Shown here one piece after another: positions 27,321 to 41,678 of a DNA stretch of 64,000 nt; the stretch's first letter is position 1, and the number at the start of each line of letters is the position of its first letter. The position numbers and the translations under genes were made by a program. Below the pieces are notes generated by a model. That model saw nothing but the letters and a program-made list of their open reading frames with translations. It made no database searches and had not been told where the DNA came from. Origin of the DNA: Octopus vulgaris (lineage: Eukaryota); NCBI GenBank assembly GCA_951406725.2, contig OX597827.1, positions 16,368,001 to 16,432,000 of the forward strand, in the 5' to 3' direction.

Positions 27321-28386
27321 TTCTCATTGGCGCTTTGTTCGATCAAGACTGATGTACAGTGCGGGGTAAATAACATCAACAGCAGCAGTACCAGCATTAT
27401 CACCCCCACATCCCTCCTACCGCTCACCACCGCCACCACTACCAACGAGAATAACGTGCGCAACAACTTCAATACTTGGTTTCAGGTGCCGTTTGCGGAG
27501 CTCAATTCAATTGCAAGTATATAGATCAGGTCTCCTCTCGATGTCAGTAACACGTCTACGCTGGCTGGCTTGAAACACATAGCAACACAAACATTGGTTA
27601 ATAATATCACTTTCATTGAATGGAACCGTTTGAATGCCAGCAGTGAATGCATGGAATGTGTCGGTACCATTACATCAAGTTGAATCATTCAATTTGTAAA
27701 GCAACATTTGATTTCTTTTGCTTCAATAGAAAATATGTTCCTAGATGTTTGAAGTGATTTCAATTATTTTCCTTCGGACTGAGTAATCAGACAGTGGAAT
27801 TTTTGCTAATTTCTTGTTCAGCTTCATTACTAAACATTGTTCTTACAACGAAGTCGTAAAAAGAAAAAAAAAAAGAAAAAAAAACCCCGGTAAAAATATA
27901 ACAAAATATAACAAAATGGCAAAATAAGTTATGTCGCCTATCGAATTTGGCTTTCATCTACTTTGAAAATGATTTCTATTGCTCGCTTGCTTGATATGAT
28001 GCCAATCCGAACATTACATGAAACCTTTAGTCTTTCAAATTTCAAAATGACGGTTTCTTCTGCGTTTCTTATCGCTTAGTCAGAAGAGAAAGAGAAGCGT
28101 TTACGACCTATTTACAGATTTTCTTAGACTGGTTGGAGGGAGAGAAGCTAACCCGACATCAGAGATTCTCAATTGGTTGTAATAGAGCGGATATCGCTAA
28201 CGCTTCTTCCCAGGTGTCAGCAGGTAGTAGTGTTAAACCGAAAAACTTCTCAAAATTAGGAAAAGAGTCTGTATAGACCCACCATGGTTAATCTGACCAC
28301 AGCATGTTAGGTTTTTAGGCGCAAGCATAGTAGTATGGTAAGAAGCTTGCTTCTCAACCACATGGTCTCGATGGGAGATGCCCATC

Positions 28387-28437
<51 letters not shown>

Positions 28438-28506
28438 AGGTGGTGCTATTAAGTTAGACATGGCCTGGGCCAATAATGGCCGAAACCTATCAAAGTATCA
28501 AAGTAT

Positions 28507-28579
<73 letters not shown>

Positions 28580-28585
<6 letters not shown>

Positions 28586-28837
28586 CAAAATGGGACAAGA
28601 ACGCAAAATATCCAGAAGACGATACAAAAAACACGGACGGGTCATTCGAAACTGTTAATCTTCAGTCAAGAACCGGATCATCCTCGCAACTTCGGCTGAT
28701 TAATCTTGAGATTGCTCCAATCTGGCCAGCCCCAAGGAAAAACTAAGCTAACAGCATTAGATTCCTTGGAAAAAAGCTTCGAATGTATACGAAACAAGGA
28801 CGGAAAAACGGACGATGTTACACGAATATAATCTCAA

Positions 28838-28840
<3 letters not shown>
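28580..28840 (-). repeat. Repeat family E copy between (TA)n tracts
   Basis: Reverse-complement homology to 4875-5135. Confidence 0.75.
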
Positions 28841-28859
<19 letters not shown>

Positions 28860-28891
<32 letters not shown>

Positions 28892-29343
28892 CTATGTGTG
28901 TGCGTGTGTGTGTATGCGAGCGCACGTGTTTTTGTGTCTGTGTTTGTCCCACACCACTGCTCGACAACCAGTGTTGGTGCGTTTACATCCTCGTAACTTA
29001 GCAGTTCGGCAAAAGAGACAAATAGAATAATGACTAAGCTTTAAAATATAAGTCCTGGGGGTCAATTTGTTTGACTAAAAAACCCTTCAGGGCGCTGCCC
29101 TTGCATGGCCGCAGTCAAAATTGACTGAAACAACCAAAAGATAAAAGAGAAAGAGAGAAAGGAAGCAAAAGAAGAATAGGCGTAGGAGTGGCTGTGTGGT
29201 AAGTAGCTTGTTTACCAACCACATGGTTCCGGGTTCAGTCCCACTGCGTGGCACCTTGGGCAAGTGTCTTCTACTATAGCCGCGGGCCGACCAAAGCCTT
29301 GTGAGTGGATTTGGTAGACGGAAACTGAAAGAAGCCCGTCGTA

Positions 29344-29408
<65 letters not shown>

Positions 29409-29650
29409 ATATATATATATATATATGCGTGTGTGTGTTTGTGTGAGTGTGTTTGTCCCCCTAGCATTGCTTGACAACTGATGCTGGTGTGTTTACGTCC
29501 CCGTTACTTAGCGGTTCGGCAAAAGAGACCGATAGAATAAGTACTGGGCTTACAAAAGAATAAGTCCCGGGGTCAAGTTACTCGACTAAAGGCGGTGCTC
29601 CAGCATGGCCGCAGTCAAATGACTGAAACAAGTAAAAGAGAGAGTAAAGA
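28860..29650 (+). mobile_element. Family B 3' half (28860-29150) followed by full B SINE (29179-29650)
   Basis: Identity to other B copies. Confidence 0.85.
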
Positions 29651-29779
29651 GGTTGTAGGGCTGGATTGGTTAAAGAGGATAAGTTGAGCCAAACAGGATT
29701 TCAACTCTTTCACTCCGAAAGAACACGACTAAAACAGGCCATATGTTACGGTGGTAACCCATAAGCCTATTAAGAGATG

Positions 29780-29996
29780 CAAGGGGCTGCTGAAAGGTTC
29801 CTGGCTTTAATGGTATCGCGAAAGGCCTGGTTGGAGGCCCAACCTTCTGAGTTTTTTTTGCAGGGCTTAGAAAAGCTGAAGGACTGCTGCAATAATTGTG
29901 TAAATTTGAGAAGGAGAATGTGTTCAATAAAATCATAATTAACTGATCCTCCTGTATTTTCGTTTACCCAAAGCCAGGAACTTTTCAGCACCCCCC

Positions 29997-30001
<5 letters not shown>
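29780..30001 (+). mobile_element. Mariner-derived MITE
   Basis: TIRs GGGGCTGCTGAAAGGTTCCTGGCTTT / AAAGCCAGGAACTTTTCAGCACCCC; internal remnant GLEKLKDCCNNCVNLR-GECVQ* resembling the mariner transposase C-terminus; partial second copy at 30161-30270. Confidence 0.75.
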
Positions 30002-30066
<65 letters not shown>

Positions 30067-30104
30067 CACATACATACATGCATATATATATATATATATA
30101 AATA

Positions 30105-30145
<41 letters not shown>

Positions 30146-30294
30146 CATACATATATTTATACACGAGGGGGTGGGGACTGAAAAGGTCTTAGCTTTAAGG
30201 GCATCGCAAAAGTCCTGGTTGGAGGCTCTACCTTCCGAGTCCTTTTACAGTGCTTAGGAAAACTGAAGGAAGAAAGAAACCCAATAAACCCAAT

Positions 30295-30710
30295 AGGCGT
30301 AGGAATGGCTGTGTGGTAAGTGGCTTGCTTACGAACCACATGGTTCCGGGTTCATTCCCATTGCGTGGTACCTTGGGCAAGTGTCTTCTACTATAGCCTC
30401 GGACCGACCAAAGCCTTGTGAGTGGATTTGGTAGACGGAAACGGAAAGAAGCCTGTTGTTTATATGTATATATATATATACGTGTGTGTATGTGTTTGTG
30501 TGTCTGCGTTCCCCCCCCACCCAACATCGCTTGACAAATTATGCTGGTGTGATTACGTCCCCGTAACTTAGCGGTTCGGCAAAATAGACCGATAGAATAA
30601 GTACTGGGCTTACAAAGAATAAGTCCTGGGGTCGATTTCTGCGACTAAAGGCGGTGCTCCAGCATGGCCGCAGTCAAAATGACCGAAACAAGTAAAAGCG
30701 TAAAGGAGTA
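30295..30710 (+). mobile_element. SINE family B
   Basis: Identity to other B copies. Confidence 0.88.
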
Positions 30711-30776
30711 AAACCCAAAAGTCACGGCATAAACCAACTTCTTTCCCAAGTGTAGTGCAATCATGTCTTACATATT

Positions 30777-31243
30777 GGTTGGTTGGTATCCTTTTTGTCT
30801 CGGGAGACAATGGAGTTGCGCATAAAGTAGTCTAGTCCGGCTTTTACATTTCATGTCCTGATACATTTCCTGCTGTGGCTGTGTAGTCCTATCCTGGACA
30901 AACACACCCTCTGGCATGTACCGCAAATGTAACGAAGACTGTTCCTGGCTGGCTGTAATGCCATAGTTTCTTGTTGACGTCTTTTCTTGTCTTTCCATTT
31001 CTCCTCTGTCTCTCTCTCTCTGTCACTCCTTTGTATTCCCTCTCTTACGGTACGTCGCCAGTCTCCACGGTTGCCGGCAACTGCCTCCCAACCGCTAATA
31101 TTGATGTTGCAGGCCTTCATGTCCCTTTTGCAAACATCCTTGTAACGTAAGAGCGGTCTACCCACAGACCTAGTACCCCTAGCAAGCTCTCCGTAGAGTA
31201 TGTCCTTGGGGATTCTGCCATCTTTCTTACATAACCGGTTCAC
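30777..31243 (-). mobile_element. 5'-truncated RTE-clade LINE (ORF C-terminus + 3' UTR)
   Basis: ORF 30851-31243: RIPKDILYGELARG.R..GRP.LRYKD..KRDMK, then C..C....SRIGLHSHSRKC zinc finger; 3' UTR hairpin TGTCTCCCGAGACA and (CCAA)n tail. Confidence 0.9.
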
Positions 31244-31427
31244 TATTTAAATATAAATTTAGTTCCAGCTCGTAACGTCACAAGAACACCTGCGTTGTAT
31301 CTGAGGAGCATGTTGTGGCCAAACATATTTTACAATAGACAAATATGAAATATGAAAGGCGACGTAAACGAAACGAAATTAAGAGAGAAAGTCCTGCATG
31401 TCAGGTTAGAAGAAAGATGATATATAT

Positions 31428-31505
31428 TATAATACAGCATAATATAATATAATATAATATAATATAATATAATATAATATAATATAATATAATATAATAT
31501 AATAT
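31428..31505. repeat. (AATAT)n pentanucleotide microsatellite
   Basis: Direct observation. Confidence 0.95.
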
Positions 31506-31801
31506 GGTATGATATAATACAATATGAATATTAGGAAGTATAATATAATATAAATATTTTGAAATATAATATAAATAATGACAGGAATAGACTGATAAGA
31601 TTCAATAATTAAATTTACAAAAAAAAAAAAAATTACTTTGAGCGAAGCATATTTGCATTTATACAAATACACCGTACAAATTTAATACATGTATATACAC
31701 AAGCACTAAAGACGTTTTCATTTACTGAGCGTTATACTAATATATCTGTGTCTTGTCTACACCACCTGTCTTCGTCTTTTTTTTTTTTTTTGTGAATTCT
31801 C

Positions 31802-31882
<81 letters not shown>

Positions 31883-32035
31883 ATATTATATATATATACA
31901 TATATATATAATACATTATATAATATATATAATATTAATAAATATATAATATATATATAATATATATATATATATACATACATACACACATATATTTATA
32001 TACATACATAATACTTCTCTCTCTCTCTCTCTTTA

Positions 32036-32103
<68 letters not shown>

Positions 32104-32281
32104 AATCTATCTATCTATAGATATAGACCATGTACATACAAAATGTATACATATGTGCGTAATGGATGTTTATATATAAACACAGAAAATATATTTATGT
32201 ATATCTGTATAGATTTACACACAATCTTCATCTCTTTTCATACACACATATATATATATATATATAAATATATACATATAT

Positions 32282-32321
<40 letters not shown>

Positions 32322-32534
32322 GGAGGGATATATCATCCGAACGGATACCGTATTAGCTTTCAGTTAAGTTCCAATCAATGACTAACCACAATGATGAATA
32401 TCTATCGTCTGTGACTACAGTTAGTTGTTAGTCTGTGAATTCTTCCGATGGGTAATTCCATGTTCTCTTCGCTGGACAGTAAAGACAAAAAAAAAAAGAT
32501 AGCTATTCTATCGATTGGGGAAAAAATTAGTATT

Positions 32535-32743
32535 ACTCTCTTTCCTCTTTACTCTTTTACTTGTTTCAGTCAGTTGACTGCGGCCATGCTGGAGCACCGC
32601 CCTTAGTCGAGCAACTCGACCCCGGGACTTATTCTTTGTAAGCCCAGTACTTATTCTACCGCTAAGTAACGGGGACATAAACACACCAGCATCGGTTGTC
32701 AAGCAATGCTAGGGGGACAAACACAGACACACAAACACACACA

Positions 32744-32793
<50 letters not shown>

Positions 32794-32955
32794 TACGACG
32801 GGCTTCTTTCAGTTTCCGTCTACCAAATCCACTCACAAGGCTTTGGTCAGCCCGAGGCTATAGTAGAAGACACTCGCCCAAGGTGCCACGCAGTGGGACT
32901 GAACCCGGAACCATGTGGTTGGTAAACAAGCTACTTACCACACAGCCACTCCTGC
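32535..32955 (-). mobile_element. SINE family B
   Basis: Identity to other B copies; small internal deletion. Confidence 0.88.
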
Positions 32956-33193
32956 TAAGCTTTATCGGGTAGAGGAAAATAGATGCGACTCTAGCGTGGA
33001 GGAATTTTACCAAATATTTTCATCAAAACACACATTAATAAAAAAAAAAAGACACGAACAAGCCCTGAGATGTCTACACAAGCACGGTCGGGCCTTTAAG
33101 AGATATAAAGATAATTCTAGATAGCCAAAGCCGTAGCAAATATTGCGCTTGATATAACAAATAGAACTACGTAACCTAAGAATAAAACTATTG

Positions 33194-33587
33194 GATCTTT
33201 TCGGTTTGACCGGCAGTTTTTAAAAATAATTTCCACGTAACTAAACACTTTTAAACTTCGTATACTGGTAGAATGTGTTTATAAAACATTTTTTTTCTCT
33301 TGGCTTTATTGAGAAAATTCTATAATTTGTAAGATATTTGTTGTTTTTTTCCCTTCAATTTCTGCAATTTCCACTAATCAATGACGTCTATTGAGGTAAA
33401 AAAAACATTCTATGCCGTATGAATATGTCCCTCGTTTAAGAAACAGATTGGGTTTATTTACATTTGTGAAGAAAAAAGATACCCTTCCCCCCCACCCATA
33501 ACCCTAAAACAGATTGAAATGCAATAGATCGATACTAGGGTCATAATTATGGGTGACAATTTCATATGACACCGCTAGAAAAAAACT
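33194..33587. mobile_element. Possible non-autonomous DNA element remnant
   Basis: Distinct-composition block starting GGATCTTTTCGGTTTGACCGGCAGTTTTT with internal C-run/TAACCCTAA; second terminus not seen, single copy. Confidence 0.3.
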
Positions 33588-34194
33588 TAATAACCATCAT
33601 TAATAAAAAAGAAACAAATACCCTATACAATGCACAACACAAATAATGAGAAGCTCACCCCCCCCCCAAAAAAAAATGAATATAAACAAACAAGAATTCT
33701 TCAATACAAACACTACACTCTAAATAAAAAGTAACACACACAACCATTAACACGAACAAAGAGCCTTACAAAAGCAACAGTACCGATGACTACCTATTTT
33801 AGGACGAAGCTCTAACTTTGGACAGTGACTGAGGTGAAGTTGAGGTCAACAGCGTATACCTAGACATAACAACAACACCCCCACCTCCTACAGAATACTA
33901 ACAAAAAAATTTACTTTAATCAGATCACTTCGAGGATGACCAAATGGACGGTTCCCGATGAAGGTACACCGACAATATTGCAAGATTGCATTTGCGATAG
34001 TGAGTAGTCGCTGCAGCGGAAACACGTGTAGGTCATTATAATATGGTGTATATAAATATAAAATAAGTTTTGTGGATGTACAAGTCTCCAAACTCTTTAT
34101 GATATATATATACCGTGAAATATATATGATATATATATAACTGTGAAACAAGGTGGAAAAAAGAGTACTCAAATACCAGAGGTAGAGTAATATG

Positions 34195-34337
34195 CTTTAT
34201 TTAAAAGCAGCAGAAATTTAACAAAAGCTGTTATTCGGAGTTTCACGTTCCCGTTTTTTTCACAAGGCTGTCCGTCGAACGGGAACGTGAAACTCCGAGT
34301 AACAGCTTTTGTTAAATTTCTGCTGCTTTTAAATAAA

Positions 34338-34338
<1 letters not shown>
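34195..34338. repeat. Inverted repeat (61-bp arms) of a hammerhead-bearing terminus
   Basis: 34195-34255 vs 34278-34338, one mismatch. Confidence 0.9.
34264..34309 (+). ncRNA. Minimal type I hammerhead motif, core mutated
   Basis: aaggctgt-CCGTCGA-ACG(GGAA)CGT-GAAA-CTCCGAG-TA-acagcttt. Confidence 0.6.
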
Positions 34339-34421
<83 letters not shown>

Positions 34422-34528
34422 AAAAGTAAAAAAATATACAAACTGGGACAAGAACGTGAAACAGCCAGAAGACGACACAAAAAACACGGACGGGACATTC
34501 GAACCCCCCAATCCCCAGTCAAGAACCG

Positions 34529-34632
<104 letters not shown>

Positions 34633-34646
34633 CTCGTGGCTATGAA

Positions 34647-34948
34647 GGCGCGTGGCTTAGTGGTTAGGGGCATTCGGCTCATGATCGTAAGGTCGCGCTG
34701 TGTTGCTGAGCAAGACACTTTATTTCACGTTGCTCCAGTCCACTCAGCTGGCAAAAATGAGTAGTACCTGTGTTTAAAAGTGCCAGCCTTGTCACACTCT
34801 ATGTCACGCAGAATCTCCTCGAGAACTACGAGTTAAGGGTACACGTGTTTGTGGAGTGCTCAGCCACTTGCACGTTAATTTCACGAGCAAGCTGTTCCGT
34901 TGATCGTATCAGCTGGGACCCTCGTCGCTGCAACCGATGGAGTGCTCC
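34647..34948 (+). mobile_element. SINE family D head + tail i (B box deleted)
   Basis: Homology to 15723-16043. Confidence 0.82.
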
Positions 34949-34985
34949 TAATATATATATATATATATATATGCATGCATATCCA

Positions 34986-35099
<114 letters not shown>

Positions 35100-35107
35100 G
35101 CTTTCTT

Positions 35108-35228
<121 letters not shown>

Positions 35229-35289
35229 ACATCTATACACATACATGCATACAAACATTTTAGCGACAGTTAAAAAAAATATAATCCGT

Positions 35290-35760
35290 TGAAAAAAAAA
35301 TGATAAACTTTTCCAGAAAATCCTTTTTCAAGCAAGTAATTGGAAGTTTATCTCTCTTTAAATCTCAAAATACTTCTTTCAAAAGCCAAAACGTCTCTGG
35401 ATTCACTGCAGAAGCAATATGAAAAGCAATCTTCAGTTGTATATCAAACGTTTCCAATAGGTAAACAAATAGAATAATAAAATCTAAGACCACTGCTTTA
35501 ATTAGGAACGCTCCTCCCATAAAGAAGCGTGTCTCTTCAAAATTGCATTGTCTACTGAAGCGAAATGGAAGATGATATAACTATTAGCAGTAGCAAAACA
35601 ACCGTTTAAAACGCGAATCAAACGGTGCCGATGCAACAGTTCTTTCTGACATCGTCCCACCGAACACAATACACAAGAAGAAAGGAAATGAGAGAGAAAT
35701 AGTATACGCATATTATGGCCTATCCTAGAACAGACTAATCCATTTAAAACCGGAGCGAAG
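35290..35760 (+). mobile_element. Highly decayed PLE linker/GIY-YIG fragment
   Basis: Residual CIVY, QPFKTRI, SF.H, LWPILEQ collinear with 49330-49580. Confidence 0.45.
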
Positions 35761-35777
35761 TGCGTAATCTTTGCGCT

Positions 35778-36285
<508 letters not shown>

Positions 36286-36671
36286 CGCGGAGTCAGTAGC
36301 TTGTTAAACCCCACACTGAAATAAATGAAAAGCCTCAGATACCGTCCGTCTATCGCCATAGCATCAAATTTTTACTGAAATATATTTAAAAAGAATGCAC
36401 TGTGATAAAAGAAAACGAAGAAATACACACACTTGGTAAGAATGTCATTCACGTTTATGACCTGCTACAATGGTTTTCACACATTCTACAGATGATTATA
36501 GATCACCCTTGTGTGAAATATGGATGTTTAAACATCAAGTGTTACACGTTGAAATATTTGTAGACTTTACATACATCCACCTCAAACATGTATTGGACTC
36601 GCAGATTTGTACTGGTACCTAGACAACCAGTATAAACAGATACCTTCATACATTCATATATAGATACTAAT

Positions 36672-37290
36672 TTTGGCACTAGGCCAGCAAGTTTGGGAGA
36701 GGGGGCAAGTCAATTACATCGACCCTAGTACTCAAATGATACTTATTTTATCGACCCTGAAATGACGAAAGGCAAAGTCAGCCTCGGCTGAATTTGACCT
36801 CAGACAGACGAAATGGCGGTAAGCATTTTGCCTGGCGTGCTAGCGATTCTGCCAGCTCGCCGCCTTAACATGCATATATAAACATCATATATATAGGCGC
36901 AGGAGTGGCTGTGTGGTAAGTAGCTTGTTTACCAACCACATGGTTCCGGGTTCAGTCCCACTGCGTGGCACCTTGGGCAAGTGTCTTCTACTATAGCCTT
37001 GTGAGTGGATTTGTTAGACGGGAACTGAAAGAAGCCCGTCGTATATATGTATATATATATGCGTGTGTGTGTTTGTGTATCTGTGTTTGTCCCTCTAGCA
37101 TTGCTTGACAACCGATGCTGGTGTGTTTATGTCCCCGTTACTTAGCGGTTCGGCAAAAGAGACCGATAGAATAAGTACTGGGCTTACAAAAAAAAAAGTC
37201 CCGGGGTCGAGTTGCTCGATTAAAGGCGGTGCTCCAGCATGGCCACAGTCAAATGACTGAAACAAGTAAAAGAGTAAAAGAGTTAAAGAG
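36672..37290. mobile_element. Short family A SINE (36672-36866,-) and family B SINE (36896-37290,+)
   Basis: Identity to other copies. Confidence 0.85.
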
Positions 37291-38232
37291 TATACGTGCA
37301 TACATACTTCATACATAATACGCACGTACATACATAATGAGTATAGATTAAAGCACTTCACGGCTAAATAGCTTCGACAATAAGCGTCTTCCTTTACACG
37401 GAAAGTGTTTGTCACCGATAGGAATTATTATTCCAACTCTTGTGATGCAAGCCTATTTTCTGAAGATATCGAAAACCATCCAAAATCTGCCGGAGAAGAG
37501 AACTACAAAAATATAAACAAAACTCCTCCGTCACCATCGCTATTCACTCGTATATCTTCGCATAAAAACCAATCCAGCAGTTTGAATATAATTTTTTCCA
37601 ATTTCCTTAAGCTATCTCAATATAACAAGTTATTTTTGACAGGAGCAGAAAAAAATAACCCAAATATTCTTCTGTTGAAAGTTATTGACGATATCGGTGG
37701 CGATCCTATAAAAATAAGTGATTACAACGTATTTGACTATCAAGACATTCCGAAAGGACACTTCGATACCTGCAGTGCATGTGGTAAGGAAATAACGGGA
37801 GCAACAATGGTGGAAAGCAATATAAAAACGAAACATCAGCACTCTGCGTCGCATAATTGAACATTTCGTAAGGTGTTAAGTTCATAGCACACAAAATATA
37901 TCTAATAGGAAAATGGGACAAAATTATACGGAGATAAGGGGGGAATTCATAATTTCAAAGCATGAACCGGAGACGATGACTGAAAAACAGAAATCATTAT
38001 CGGAAGACTATTACCACAACAGGCTAGGATTAACCATGTTCCTGGTTTTAATCAAAAAGTGGTACGTCGGAAGACGAAGGGAAATAATATCCTCATAGAA
38101 AGAACCTCTTTTCAGGAAGGTCTTAAATCATTTTTGCCTAAAATCTGTAATGAAAAAAAAATTCAGTAAGAATGTAGCATGTTTGAATACAATAAAGGAA
38201 GAATACAATGTTAACATTACTAGTTTTTTTTT

Positions 38233-38608
38233 AAGCACTCCGTCGGTTACGACGATGAGGGTTCCGGTTGATCCGATCAACGGAACAGCCTGCTCGTGAA
38301 ATTAACGTGTAAGTGGCTGAGCACTCCACAGACACGTGTACCCTTAACGTAGTTCTCGGGGATATTCAGCGTGACACAGAGAGTGACAAGGCCGTCCCTT
38401 TGAAGTACAGGTACAACAGAAACAGGAAGTGAGAGAAAGTTGTGGTGAAAGAGTACAGCGGGGATCACCACCATCCCCTGCCGGAGCCTCGTGGAACATT
38501 TAGGTGTTTTCGCTCAATAAACACTCACAACGCCCGGTCTGGGAATCGAAACCGCGATCCTATGACCGCGAGTCCGCTGCCCTAACCACTGGGCCATTGC
38601 GCCTCCAC
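38233..38608 (-). mobile_element. SINE family C with tail i
   Basis: 12-bp TSD AACATTACTAGT at 38213-38224 and 38609-38620. Confidence 0.92.
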
Positions 38609-40129
38609 AACATTACTAGTAAAACTTACACAGTTAACTTTGGAACTTTCGCCAAAGCTGCAGGAAATTTGCACAATGGGAAAGCGCCAGGAAGACCCAA
38701 TAGTCCGATACTGGTACAAGATGTTGAAGTTCTGCAGAAGGCCACTAACATATATATTTAAAAGAACTATTGAAGCCCAGAGTAATATATTAAATTGGCT
38801 TGCCGTAGCACGGAGTCATCCAAGCAGAATGGGAATTTTGACTTGGTAGAAAACAATAGACCTGACTTGGTAGAAAACAACAGACCTATTGCTCGCCTAA
38901 ACTCTTTAACTATTTAACTACTTTCATCTCGAGAGCTGTGGCATGCTGGGGCACTGCCGTTAAAATAGCCATTTCTCAAGCGTGAAATCGAACCCCGCCC
39001 ACTGCGGTAGCAGCGCAAAACCTAACCACTGGACCACTTGTTACAAATGCCGTCTCATCCAGTTCTTCCAAGACCATCAAGAGTCATACAAGAAAATGAC
39101 TGATGTGCAGGCAGGAGAAAAGCAGGGTTGGTGAAGATGTGTCGATGGACTTTTGATAAATTTGTTATGTCGGACATCAGATAAAACACAACATAAGTAT
39201 TGTATCAATAAAGCTTGATTGCAGAAAGGCGTTCGATACTATTCCTCACTTATGTCTGATAAGGTCACTGCAGCTGGGAAAAAGTACCTATTGTTCTAGT
39301 TACTGACATTGGAAACCTTAGAAAAACTTGTCAACAATCCTTCGTCTTGTAACTGGAAGTAGAACATCTATCTCTGATGTTATAAAGGAGAATATTCCAA
39401 GGATTATCAGTTCTGTTTATATTTTATCATTTCTTTTGCAAAAATCTAGTGGTTACATGTTACAGTTCAAAACAGTCAGAGAGAACTATGTAACCTATAA
39501 GTATTTTCATTTCTTAGTATTGTACATATAAAAGACTGAACTAAAAGTATTTTCAAAGCCGAGAGTCAACTAGTTTTAGTTACATTTTCAGACGAAACAG
39601 GGATGCAATTTGGCAAAAAAAATCTTCATATTTGGTTGTCGAATAGAGGAAAAACTTTTCCAAGTCCCAATCCTTTACGCCGATGGTCTCTCTATGTTCT
39701 CTATTTCACATAACGAATGCAATAAATAACTAGCCATTGACGGAAATGTATAATTTAAGACGTGTTGTCAATAACGATTGAGTTACCCAACGATATTATA
39801 ACCAGACTAAAAGAAAAAAAATATGACTTTCCGCTTGAAACAACAACAATACATTTATAGTACCAGTTCTGGTACCAAAATACGAGGTACTTGAGTGGAC
39901 TATAGAGGAAATTAGTAGATATTAGTAGATATTAAAACATGGGCGATCTCAGCAAAAACTAGAAGCTTCTACAGAAGCTGTGATGTTGACAGGCCTTAAC
40001 TGAGAAGAAATGGCGGAAGACGTTTGAGATCAGAGTTGCATGGTATCACCCACCCAGAGATTTTAAGCAAAAGATGCAGTAACCACACTAACCAAATGCT
40101 CAAAGTGAAGAGAATTCACAGCCACTCGT

Positions 40130-40300
40130 AGGCGTAGGAGTGGCTGTGTGGTAATTAGCTTGCTTACGAACCACATGGTTCCAGGTTCAGTCCCACTGCG
40201 TTGGCACCTTGGGCAAGTGTCTTCTACTATAGCCTCGGGCCGACCAAAGCCTTGTGAGTGGATTTGGTAGACGGAAACTGAAAGAAGCCCGTCGTATATT

Positions 40301-40351
<51 letters not shown>

Positions 40352-40528
40352 ATGTTTGTGTGTTGTGTTTGTCCCCACCCCAACATCGCTTGACAACCAA
40401 TGCTGGTGTGTTTACGTCCCCGTAACTTAGCGGTTCGGCAAAAGAGACCGATAGAGTAAGTACTAGGCTTACAAAGAATAAGTCCCGGAGTCGATGTCCT
40501 CGACTAAAAGCGGTGAAAGAAGCCCGTC

Positions 40529-40582
<54 letters not shown>

Positions 40583-40815
40583 ATGTTTGTGTGTTGTGTT
40601 TGTCCCCCCCCACTAACATCGCTTGACAACCGATGCTGGTGTGTTTACCTCCCCGTAACTTAGCGGTTCGGCAAAAGAGACCGATAGAGTAAGTACTACT
40701 AGGCTTACAAAGAATAAGTCCTGGGGTCGTCGATGTCCTCGACTAAAGGCGGTGCTCCAGCATGGCCACAGTCAAAATGACTGAAAACAAGTAAATGAGT
40801 AAACGAGTAAAATGA
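40130..40815 (+). mobile_element. Family B SINE with tandemly duplicated 3' half
   Basis: GAAAGAAGCCCGTCG..CGACTAAA block occurs twice. Confidence 0.85.
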
Positions 40816-41448
40816 GAGAATAACAAGTTAAGAGTCGGCTGTGAAAATCTTCAAGAAGTACTCAATTCCTGAGATTCTCATGCAAGCATAGATTTGATGG
40901 AGCAGCATACCTCAACATAGAAACGGAAGAGAAAACTCTGCATATCATAAAATGTATAAGCATGGGTATGTTTTCGTACATTTGAGGGTGAATTTAGCAT
41001 TAACAGAAAGTGTAGCTTATTTTTGACTTGTGACCATGACATCACACCACATTTCGAAGGTTATGGTTTTTTAATACACCATATTACGGAAATATCTAAT
41101 GAATAAAAGAGACAGCGAAACCCATAAAACCTCAAAAATGAGACCGAAATTATCGATTATGTCACATCCCTGTGAATTATATTGCACGCGTGATGTGCAA
41201 CCCCAAAATGTTGTTAATCTCCCAATATGACATGATCTTATTGTTAAAACAAAAGTGAAATTGCATCGACAGGAAATACTGCTTTGGAATAAATATAGAG
41301 AATATCTCTGTTGCTGACTATATACATATCAGCAAAAAAAAAAACATCGGTAGAATATTCCCATCAAAAACTTTGCCACGTGCAAATATAACAAACTTGA
41401 AGTTGTTTAGAAAAAGAAAAAAAAAAAAAGAAAAAAAAGAACAGGTAA

Positions 41449-41613
41449 GGCGCAGGAGTGGCTGTGTGGTAAGTAGCTTGCTAACCAACCACATGGTTCC
41501 AGGTTCAGTTCTACTGCGTGGCATCTTGGACAAGTGTCTTCTGCTATAGCCCCGGGTCGACCAATGCCTTGTGAGTGGATTTGGTAGACGGAGACTGAAG
41601 GAAGCCTGTCGTA

Positions 41614-41678
<65 letters not shown>

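Larger units (their letters stand above)
37900..41300 (+). mobile_element. Long decayed R4/Dong-like non-LTR retrotransposon, interrupted by SINEs
   Basis: Collinear remnants NGKAPG..YWYK (about 38670), RPIA.LN (38882), DCRKAFDTIPH (about 39217), GMQFG (39600), NTFIVPVL, WTIEEI, DVDR..R.NGGR.L (about 39985-40030). Confidence 0.7.

Noticed and set aside
31295-31335. Decayed hammerhead candidates here and at 55553-55653
   Set aside because: 5' core intact but GAAA or cleavage triplet defective and single-copy; counted only as weak support
37405-37860. 151-aa ORF as a host gene, and CTGAAGA-tatc-GAAA at about 37460 as a hammerhead
   Set aside because: No recognisable domain and it adjoins decayed LINE sequence; the motif has no stem II or III pairing
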